This document shows, piece by piece, positions 53,201-64,000 of a stretch of DNA of 64,000 nucleotides; position 1 is the stretch's first letter, and each line of letters opens with the position of its first letter. The stretch spans positions 186,001 to 250,000 of the forward strand of contig OZ176054.1 in NCBI GenBank assembly GCA_964247055.1, in the 5' to 3' direction. The notes below the pieces were generated by a model. It saw nothing but the letters and a program-made list of their open reading frames with translations. It did no database searches and was not told the DNA's origin. Origin of the DNA: Paragordius varius (taxonomy: Eukaryota > Animalia > Nematomorpha). A program made the position numbers and the translations under genes.

Positions 53201-54550
53201 AATTTTTTTTGGGTAGCCCTATGGTAGTTCCATCATCACCCCAAATATTTTCGAGATCGGAGTATAAATGTACTTTTAAGAATTTTTTAAATATTTAAAA
53301 AATTTATTTTATACGATTTTAAAAATAAAAATGGCTACCTAAAATCCAAATTTGATCAGATGATGTCACTATAATTTTTTTGGGTAGCCCTATGGTAGTT
53401 CCATCATCACCCCAAATATTTTCGAGATCGGAGTATAAATGTAATTTTTATGAATTTTTTAAATATTTAAAAAATTTATTTTATACGATTTTAAAAATAA
53501 AAATGGCTACCTAAAATCCAAATTTGATCAGGTGATGTCACTATAATTTTTTTGGGTAGCCCTATGGTAGTTCCATCATCACCCCAAATATTGTCGAGAT
53601 CTGAGTATAAATGTAATTTTTATGAATTTTTTAAATATTTAAAAAATTTATTTTATACGATTTTAAAAATAAAAATGGCTACCTAAAATCCAAATTTGAT
53701 CAGGTGATGTCACCATAATTTTTTTTGGGTAGCCCTATGGTAGTTCCATCATCACCCCAAATATTTTCGAGATCGGAGTATAAATGTAATTTTTATGAAT
53801 TTTTTAAATATTTAAAAAATTTATTTTATACGATTTTAAAAATAAAAATGGCTACCTAAAATCCAAATTTGATCAGGTGATGTCGCCATAATTTTTTTTG
53901 GGTAGCCCTATAGTAGTTCCATCATCACCCCAAATATTTTCGAGATCGGAGTATAAATGTAATTTTTATGAATTTTTTAAATATTTAAATATTTTATACG
54001 ATTTTAAAAATAAACATGGCTACCTAAAATCCAAATTTGATCAGGTGATGTCGCCATAATTTTTTTTGGGTAGCCCTATGGTAGTTCCATCATCACCCCA
54101 AATATTGTCGAGATCGGAGTATAAATGTAATTTTTTTGAATTTTTTAAATATTTAAAAAATTTATTTTATACGATTTTAAAAATAAAAATGGCTACCTAA
54201 AATCCAAATTTGATCAGGTGATGTCGCCATAATTTTTTTTGGTAGCCCTATGGTAGTTCCATCATCACCCCAAATATTTTCGAGATCGGAGTATAAATGT
54301 AATTTTTATGAATTTTTTAAATATTTAAAAAATTTATTTTATACGATTTTAAAAATAAAAATGGCTACCTAAAATCCAAATTTGATCAGGTGATGTCACC
54401 ATAATTTTTTTTAGGTAGCCCTATGGTAGTTCCATCATCACCCCAAATATTTTCGAGATCGGAGTATAAATGTAATTTTTATGAATTTTTTAAATATTTA
54501 AAAAATTTATTTTATACGATTTTAAAAATAAAAATGGCTACCTAAAATCC
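41200..54550. repeat. Sub-array built around a recurrent 4-monomer cassette (GATCTT / GTGACCAT / GCCTTATGG / GATCCGAAT / CCTAAAAATTTG / AGGCGATG)
   Basis: CCGAAT at 41971, 42652, 44021, 45904, 46758, 48977, 50000, 52745. Confidence 0.88.
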
Positions 54551-55969
54551 AAATTTGATCAGGTGATGTCACCATAATTTTTTTTGGGTAGCCCTATGGT
54601 AGTTCCATCATCACCCCAAATATTTTCGAGATCGGAGTATAAATGTAATTTTTATGAATTTTTTAAATATTTAAAAAATTTATTTTATACGATTTTAAAA
54701 ATAAAAATGGCTACCTAAAATCCAAATTTGATCAGGTGATGTCGCCATAATTTTTTTTGGGTAGCCCTATAGTAGTTCCATCATCACCCCAAATATTTTC
54801 GAGATCGGAGTATAAATGTAATTTTTATGAATTTTTTAAATATTTAAATATTTTATACGATTTTAAAAATAAACATGGCTACCTAAAATCCAAATTTGAT
54901 CAGGTGATGTCGCCATAATTTTTTTTGGGTAGCCCTATGGTAGTTCCATCATCACCCCAAATATTGTCGAGATCGGAGTATAAATGTAATTTTTTTGAAT
55001 TTTTTAAATATTTAAAAAATTTATTTTATACGATTTTAAAAATAAAAATGGCTACCTAAAATCCAAATTTGATCAGGTGATGTCGCCATAATTTTTTTTG
55101 GTAGCCCTATGGTAGTTCCATCATCACCCCAAATATTTTCGAGATCGGAGTATAAATGTAATTTTTATGAATTTTTTAAATATTTAAAAAATTTATTTTA
55201 TACGATTTTAAAAATAAAAATGGCTACCTAAAATCCAAATTTGATCAGGTGATGTCACCATAATTTTTTTTGGGTAGCCCTATGGTAGTTCCATCATCAC
55301 CCCAAATATTGTCGAGATCGGAGTATAAATGTAATTTTTATGAATTTTTTAAATATTTAAAAAATTTATTTTATACGATTTTAAAAATAAAAATGGCTAC
55401 CTAAAATCCAAATTTGATAAGGTGATGTCACTATAATTTTTTTGGGTAGCCCTATGGTAGTTCCATCATCACCCCAAATATTTTCGAGATCAGAGTATAA
55501 ATGTAATTTTTATGAATTTTTTAAATATTTAAAAAATTTATTTTATACGATTTTAAAAATAAAAATGGCTACCTAAAATCCAAATTTGATCAGGTGATGT
55601 CACTCTAATTTTTTTGGGTAGCCCTATGGTAGTTCCATCATTACCCCAAATATTGTCGAGATCTGAGTATAAATGTAATTTTTATGAATTTTTTAAATAT
55701 TTAAAAAATTTATTTTATACGATTTTAAAAATAAAAATGGCTACCTAAAATCCAAATTTGATCAGGTGATGTCACCATAATTTTTTTTGGGTAGCCCTAT
55801 GGTAGTTCCATCATCACCCCAAATATTGTCGAGATCGGAGTATAAATGTAATTTTTATGAATTTTTTAAATATTTAAAAAATTTATTTTATACGATTTTA
55901 AAAATAAAAATGGCTACCTAAAATCCAAATTTGATCAGGTGATGTCGCCATAATTTTTTTTGGGTAACC

Positions 55970-58900
55970 CTATAGTAGTTCCATCATCACCCCAAATATT
56001 TTCGAGATCGGAGTATAAATGTAATTTTTATGAATTTTTTAAATATTTAAAAAATTTATTTTATACGATTTTAAAAATAAACATGGCTACCTAAAATCCA
56101 AATTTGATCAGGTGATGTCGCCATAATTTTTTTTGGGTAGCCCTATGGTAGTTCCATCATCACCCCAAATATTGTCGAGATCGGAGTATAAATGTAATTT
56201 TTTTGAATTTTTTAAATATTTAAAAAATTTATTTTATACGATTTTAAAAATAAAAATGGCTACCTAAAATCCAAATTTGATCAGGTGATGTCGCCATAAT
56301 TTTTTTTGGTAGCCCTATGGTAGTTCCATCATCACCCCAAATATTTTCGAGATCGGAGTATAAATGTAATTTTTATGAATTTTTTAAATATTTAAAAAAT
56401 TTATTTTATACGATTTTAAAAATAAAAATGGCTACCTAAAATCCAAATTTGATCAGGTGATGTCACCATAATTTTTTTTAGGTAGCCCTATGGTAGTTCC
56501 ATCATCACCCCAAATATTTTCGAGATCGGAGTATAAATGTAATTTTTATGAATTTTTTAAATATTTAAAAAATTTATTTTATACGATTTTAAAAATAAAA
56601 ATGGCTACCTAAAATCCAAATTTGATCAGGTGATGTCACTATAATTTTTTTGGGTAGCCCTATGGTAGTTCCATCATCACCTTAAATATTTTCGAGATCG
56701 GAGTATAAATGTAATTTTTATGAATTTTTTAAATATTTAAAAAATTTATTTTATACGATTTTAAAAATAAAAATGGCTACCTAAAATCCAAATTTGATCA
56801 GGTGATGTCACTATAATTTTTTTGGGTAGCCCTATGGTAGTTCCATCATCACCCCAAATATTGTCGAGATCTGAGTATAAATGTAATTTTTATGAATTTT
56901 TTAAATATTTAAAAAATTTATTTTATACGATTTTAAAAATAAAAATGGCTACCTAAAATCCAAATTTGATCAGGTGATGCCACCATAATTTTTTTTGCGT
57001 AGCCCTATGGTAGTTTCATCATCACACCAAATATTTTGGGGATCGGACTATAAATGTAATTTTTATGAATTTTTTAAATATTTAAAAAATTTATTTTATA
57101 CGATTTTAAAAATAAAAATGGCTACCTAAAATCCAAATTTGAGGTGATGTCACCATATTTTTTTTTGGGTAGCCTTATGGTAGTTCCATCATCACCCCAA
57201 ATATTTTGGGGATCGGACTATAAATGTAATTTTTATGAAATTTTTAAATATTTAAAAAATTTATTTTATACGATTTTAAAAATAAAAATGGCTACCTAAA
57301 ATCCAAATTTGATCAGGTGCTGTCACTATAATTTTTTTGGGTAGCCCTATGGTAGTTCAATCATCACCCCAAATATTTTCGAGATCGGAGTATAAATGTA
57401 GTTTTTATGAATTTTTTAAATATTTAAAAAATATATTTTATACGATTTTAAAAATAAAAATGGCTACCTAAAATCCAAATTTGATCAGGTGATGTCACTA
57501 TAATTTTTTTGGGTAGCCCTATGGTAGTTCCATCATCACCCCAAATATTGTCGAGATCGGAGTATAAATGTAATTTTTATGAATTTTTTAAATATTTAAA
57601 AAATTTATTTTATACGATTTTAAAAATAAAAATGGCTACCTAAAATCCAAATTTGATCAGGTGATGTCGCCATATTTTTTTTTGGGTAGCCCTATAGTAG
57701 TTCCATCATAACCCCAAATATTTTCGAGATCGGAGTATAAATGTAATTTTTATGAATTTTTTAAATATTTAAAAAATTTATTTTATACGATTTTAAAAAT
57801 AAAAATGGCTACCTAAAATCCAAATTTGATCAGGTGATGTCACCATAATTTTTTTTGGTTAGCCCTATGGTAGTTCCATCATCACCCCAAATATTGTCGA
57901 GATCGGAGTATAAATGTAATTTTTTTGAATTTTTTAAATATTTAAAAAATTTATTTTATACGATAATGAAAATAAAAATGGCTACCTAAAATCCAAATTT
58001 GATCAGGTGATGTCACCATAATTTTTTTTGCGTAGCCCTATGGTAGTTTCATCATCACCCCAAATATTTTGGGGATCGGACTATAAATGTAATTTTTATG
58101 AATTTTTTAAATATTTAAAAAATTTATTTTATACGATTTTAAAAATAAAAATGGCTACCTAAAATCCAAATTTGATCAGGTGATGTCACCATAATTTTTT
58201 TTGGTTAGCCCTATGGTAGTTCCATCATCACCCCAAATATTGTCGAGATCGGAGTATAAATGTAATTTTTTTGAATTTTTTAAATATTTAAAAAATTTAT
58301 TTTATACGATAATGAAAATAAAAATGGCTACCTAAAATCCAAATTTGATCAGGTGATGTCACCATAATTTTTTTTGCGTAGCCCTATGGTAGTTTCATCA
58401 TCACCCCAAATATTTTGGGGATCGGACTATAAATGTAATTTTTATGAATTTTTTAAATATTTAAAAAATTTATTTTATACGATTTTAAAAATAAAAATGG
58501 CTACCTAAAATCCAAATTTGATCAGGTGATGTCACCATAATTTTTTTTGGGTAGCCCTATGGTAGTTCCATCATCACCCCAAATATTTTCGAGATCGGAG
58601 TATAAATGTAATTTTTATGAATTTTTTAAATATTTAAAAAATTTATTTTATACGATTTTAAAAATAAAAATGGCGACCTAAAATCCAAATTTGATCAGGT
58701 GATGTCACCATAATTTTTTTTGGGTAGCCCTATGGTAATTCCATCATCACCCCAAATATTGTCGAGATCGGAGTATAAATGTAATTTTTATGAATTTTTT
58801 AAATATTTAAAAAATTTATTTTATACGATTTTAAAAATAAAAATGGCTACTAAAATCCAAATTTGATGAGGTGATGTCGCCATAATTTTTTTTGGGTAGC

Positions 58901-61900
58901 CCTATAGTAGTTCCATCATCACCCCAAATATTTTCGAGATCGGAGTATAAATGTAATTTTTATGAATTTTTTAAAGATTTAAAAAATTTATTTTATACGA
59001 TTTTAAAAATAAAAATGGCTACCTAAAATCCAAATTTGATCAGGTGATGTCGCCATAATTTTTTTTGGGTAGCCCTATAGTAGTTCCATCATCACCCCAA
59101 ATATTTTCGAGATCGGAGTATAAATGTATTTTTATGAATTTTTTAAATATTTAAAAAATTTAGTTTATACGATTTTAAAAATAAAAATGGCTACCTAAAA
59201 TCCAAATTTGTTCAGGTGATGTCACCATAATTTTTTTTGGGTAGCCCTATGGTAGTTCCATCATCACCCCAAATATTTTCGAGATCGGAGTATAAATGCA
59301 ATTTTTATGAATTTTTTAAATATTTAAAAAATTTATTTTATACGATAATAAAAATAAAAATGGCTACCTAAAATCCAAATTTGATCAGGTGATGTCACCA
59401 TAATTTTTTTTGGGTAGCCCTATGGTAATTCCATCATCACCCCAAATATTGTCGTGATCGGAGTATAAATGTAATTTTTTTGATCTTTTTAAATATTTAA
59501 AAAATTTATTTACGATTTTAAAAATAAAAATGGCTACCTAAAATCCAAATTTGATCAGGTGATGTCACCATAATTTTTTTGGGTAACCCTATGGTAGTTC
59601 TATCATCACCCCAAATACTTTGGGGATCGGACTATAAATGTAATTTTTATGAATTTTTTAAATATTAAAAAAATTTATTTTATACGATTTTAAAAATAAA
59701 AATGGCTACCTAAAATCCAAATTTGATCAGGTGATGTCACCATATTTTTTTTGGGTAGCCCTATGGTAGTTCCATCATCACCCCAAATATTTTCGGGATC
59801 GGAATATAAATGTAATTTTTATGAATTTTTTAAATATTTAAAAAATTTATTTTATACGATTTTAAAAATAAACATGGCTACCTAAAATCCAAATTTGATC
59901 AGGTGATGTCGCCATAATTTTTTTTGGGTAGCCCTATAGTAGTTCCATCATCACCCCAAATATTTTCGAGATCGGAGTATAAATGTAATTTTTATGAATT
60001 TTTTAAATATTTAAAAAATTTATTTTATACGATTTTAAAAATAAACATGGCTACCTAAAATCCAAATTTGATCAGGTGATGTCGCCATAATTTTTTTTGG
60101 GTAGCCCTATGGTAGTTCCATCATCACCCCAAATATTGTCGAGATCGGAGTATAAATGTAATTTTTTTGAATTTTTTAAATATTTAAAAAATTTATTTTA
60201 TACGATTTTAAAAATAAAAATGGCTACCTAAAATCCAAATTTGATCAGGTGATGTCGCCATAATTTTTTTTGGTAGCCCTATGGTAGTTCCATCATCACC
60301 CCAAATATTTTCGAGATCGGAGTATAAATGTAATTTTTATGAATTTTTTAAATATTTAAAAAATTTATTTTATACGATTTTAAAAATAAAAATGGCTACC
60401 TAAAATCCAAATTTGATCAGGTGATGTCACCATAATTTTTTTTAGGTAGCCCTATGGTAGTTCCATCATCACCCCAAATATTTTCGAGATCGGAGTATAA
60501 ATGTAATTTTTATGAATTTTTTAAATATTTAAAAAATTTATTTTATACGATTTTAAAAATAAAAATGGCTACCTAAAATCCAAATTTGATCAGGTGATGT
60601 CACTATAATTTTTTTGGGTAGCCCTATGGTAGTTCCATCATCACCTTAAATATTTTCGAGATCGGAGTATAAATGTAATTTTTATGAATTTTTTAAATAT
60701 TTAAAAAATTTATTTTATACGATTTTAAAAATAAAAATGGCTACCTAAAATCCAAATTTGATCAGGTGATGTCACTATAATTTTTTTGGGTAGCCCTATG
60801 GTAGTTCCATCATCACCCCAAATATTGTCGAGATCTGAGTATAAATGTAATTTTTATGAATTTTTTAAATATTTAAAAAATTTATTTTATACGATTTTAA
60901 AAATAAAAATGGCTACCTAAAATCCAAATTTGATCAGGTGATGCCACCATAATTTTTTTTGCGTAGCCCTATGGTAGTTTCATCATCACACCAAATATTT
61001 TGGGGATCGGACTATAAATGTAATTTTTATGAATTTTTTAAATATTTAAAAAATTTATTTTATACGATTTTAAAAATAAAAATGGCTACCTAAAATCCAA
61101 ATTTGAGGTGATGTCACCATATTTTTTTTTGGGTAGCCTTATGGTAGTTCCATCATCACCCCAAATATTTTGGGGATCGGACTATAAATGTAATTTTTAT
61201 GAAATTTTTAAATATTTAAAAAATTTATTTTATACGATTTTAAAAATAAAAATGGCTACCTAAAATCCAAATTTGATCAGGTGCTGTCACTATAATTTTT
61301 TTGGGTAGCCCTATGGTAGTTCAATCATCACCCCAAATATTTTCGAGATCGGAGTATAAATGTAGTTTTTATGAATTTTTTAAATATTTAAAAAATATAT
61401 TTTATACGATTTTAAAAATAAAAATGGCTACCTAAAATCCAAATTTGATCAGGTGATGTCACTATAATTTTTTTGGGTAGCCCTATGGTAGTTCCATCAT
61501 CACCCCAAATATTGTCGAGATCGGAGTATAAATGTAATTTTTATGAATTTTTTAAATATTTAAAAAATTTATTTTATACGATTTTAAAAATAAAAATGGC
61601 TACCTAAAATCCAAATTTGATCAGGTGATGTCGCCATATTTTTTTTTGGGTAGCCCTATAGTAGTTCCATCATAACCCCAAATATTTTCGAGATCGGAGT
61701 ATAAATGTAATTTTTATGAATTTTTTAAATATTTAAAAAATTTATTTTATACGATTTTAAAAATAAAAATGGCTACCTAAAATCCAAATTTGATCAGGTG
61801 ATGTCACCATAATTTTTTTTGGTTAGCCCTATGGTAGTTCCATCATCACCCCAAATATTGTCGAGATCGGAGTATAAATGTAATTTTTTTGAATTTTTTA

Positions 61901-63440
61901 AATATTTAAAAAATTTATTTTATACGATAATGAAAATAAAAATGGCTACCTAAAATCCAAATTTGATCAGGTGATGTCACCATAATTTTTTTTGCGTAGC
62001 CCTATGGTAGTTTCATCATCACCCCAAATATTTTGGGGATCGGACTATAAATGTAATTTTTATGAATTTTTTAAATATTTAAAAAATTTATTTTATACGA
62101 TTTTAAAAATAAAAATGGCTACCTAAAATCCAAATTTGATCAGGTGATGTCACCATAATTTTTTTTGGGTAGCCCTATGGTAGTTCCATCATCACCCCAA
62201 ATATTTTCGAGATCGGAGTATAAATGTAATTTTTATGAATTTTTTAAATATTTAAAAAATTTATTTTATACGATTTTAAAAATAAAAATGGCGACCTAAA
62301 ATCCAAATTTGATCAGGTGATGTCACCATAATTTTTTTTGGGTAGCCCTATGGTAATTCCATCATCACCCCAAATATTGTCGAGATCGGAGTATAAATGT
62401 AATTTTTATGAATTTTTTAAATATTTAAAAAATTTATTTTATACGATTTTAAAAATAAAAATGGCTACTAAAATCCAAATTTGATGAGGTGATGTCGCCA
62501 TAATTTTTTTTGGGTAGCCCTATAGTAGTTCCATCATCACCCCAAATATTTTCGAGATCGGAGTATAAATGTAATTTTTATGAATTTTTTAAAGATTTAA
62601 AAAATTTATTTTATACGATTTTAAAAATAAAAATGGCTACCTAAAATCCAAATTTGATCAGGTGATGTCGCCATAATTTTTTTTGGGTAGCCCTATAGTA
62701 GTTCCATCATCACCCCAAATATTTTCGAGATCGGAGTATAAATGTATTTTTATGAATTTTTTAAATATTTAAAAAATTTAGTTTATACGATTTTAAAAAT
62801 AAAAATGGCTACCTAAAATCCAAATTTGTTCAGGTGATGTCACCATAATTTTTTTTGGGTAGCCCTATGGTAGTTCCATCATCACCCCAAATATTTTCGA
62901 GATCGGAGTATAAATGCAATTTTTATGAATTTTTTAAATATTTAAAAAATTTATTTTATACGATAATAAAAATAAAAATGGCTACCTAAAATCCAAATTT
63001 GATCAGGTGATGTCACCATAATTTTTTTTGGGTAGCCCTATGGTAATTCCATCATCACCCCAAATATTGTCGTGATCGGAGTATAAATGTAATTTTTTTG
63101 ATCTTTTTAAATATTTAAAAAATTTATTTACGATTTTAAAAATAAAAATGGCTACCTAAAATCCAAATTTGATCAGGTGATGTCACCATAATTTTTTTGG
63201 GTAACCCTATGGTAGTTCTATCATCACCCCAAATACTTTGGGGATCGGACTATAAATGTAATTTTTATGAATTTTTTAAATATTAAAAAAATTTATTTTA
63301 TACGATTTTAAAAATAAAAATGGCTACCTAAAATCCAAATTTGATCAGGTGATGTCACCATATTTTTTTTGGGTAGCCCTATGGTAGTTCCATCATCACC
63401 CCAAATATTTTCGGGATCGGAATATAAATGTAATTTTTAT
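55970..63440. repeat. Large near-identical tandem duplication: 23-mer (3964 bp) followed by a 21-mer copy lacking an internal 2-mer duplication
   Basis: Offset 3964: CCTTAAAT 56680/60644, GATGCCACC 56979/60943, TTTGAGGTG 57141/61105, CGATAATG 57961/61925. After the 346-bp duplication (57843-58534) the offset is 3618: TGGCGACC 58671/62289, TTAAAGATTT 58971/62589, GTCGTGATC 59451/63069. Confidence 0.94.
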
Positions 63441-64000
63441 GATTTTTTAGAATATTTAAAAAATTTATTTTATACGATTTTAAAAATAAAAATGGCTACC
63501 TAAAATCCAAATTTGATCAGGTGATGTCACCATAATTTTATTGGGTAGCCCTATGGTAGTTCCATCATCACCCCAAATATTGTCGAGATCGGAGTATAAA
63601 TGTAATTTTTTTGAATTTTTTAATATTTAAAAAATATATTTTATACGATTTTAAAAATAAAAATGGCTACCTAAAATCCAAATTTGATCAGGTGATGTCG
63701 CCATAATTTTTTTTGGGTAGCCCTATGGTAGTTCCATCATCACCCCAAATATTGTCGAGATCGGAGTATAAATGTAATTTTTTTGAATTTTTTAAATATT
63801 TAAAAAATTTATTTTATACGATTTTAAAAATAAAAATGGCTACCTAAAATCCAAATTTGATCAGGTGATGTCGCCATAATTTTTTTTGGGTAGCCCTATG
63901 GTAGTTCCATCATCACCCCAAATATTGTCGAGATCGGAGTATAAATGTAATTTTTTTGAATTTTTTAAATATTTAAAAAATTTATTTTATACGATTTTAA

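Larger units (their letters stand above)
1..64000. repeat. Tandem satellite DNA array, 173-bp monomer, ~370 head-to-tail copies, extends beyond both window edges
   Basis: Monomer starts at 1, 174, 347 give a period of 173. The same motif order (GGGTAGCCCTATGGTAGTTCCATCATCACCCC...GGCTACCTAAAATCCAAATTTGATCAGGTGATGTC) recurs through position 64000 with only a few substitutions or short indels per monomer. No inversion or foreign insert seen. Confidence 0.99.

Noticed and set aside
1-64000. CRISPR array or other prokaryotic repeat-spacer system
   Set aside because: There are no unique spacers; the whole 173 bp repeats, and no cas-like coding sequence is present.
1-64000. Long protein-coding gene or repeat protein
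   Set aside because: 173 is not a multiple of 3, and TAA/TAG/TGA recur in every monomer, so no long ORF was apparent. I traced only one + strand frame codon by codon.
1-64000. Hidden inversion, transposon insertion, tRNA/rRNA/telomeric repeat or unique island
   Set aside because: On reading every line, all sequence conformed to the monomer in one orientation. A short insert could have been missed by eye; a dot-plot would settle it.
63701-64000. Run of near-identical adjacent monomers at the window end
   Set aside because: Only about two copies are visible before truncation, too few to call a new homogeneous domain.

Overview
The whole 64 kb window is one uninterrupted head-to-tail tandem array of an AT-rich satellite. 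The monomer is 173 bp (26% GC; positions 1-173 match the majority sequence) and there are about 370 copies, all in one orientation. I saw no protein-coding gene, RNA gene, CRISPR array, transposon insertion or unique sequence, and I cannot assign the family or organism from memory. Size and composition resemble eukaryotic centromeric/pericentromeric satellites (inference). The notable structure is internal. (1) Monomer variants form nested, variable-length higher-order repeats (periods of 2 to ~36 monomers) in about four domains with different diagnostic variants. (2) The monomer has several dyad symmetries, including a perfect 24-bp palindrome and a 12-bp TIR-like pair. (3) Two linked multi-base variant classes each perfect a local hairpin, as template-switch (quasi-palindrome) mutagenesis would. 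(4) The larger deletions cluster in one ~34-bp segment. All coordinates and counts come from manual reading; block boundaries are approximate to about one monomer.
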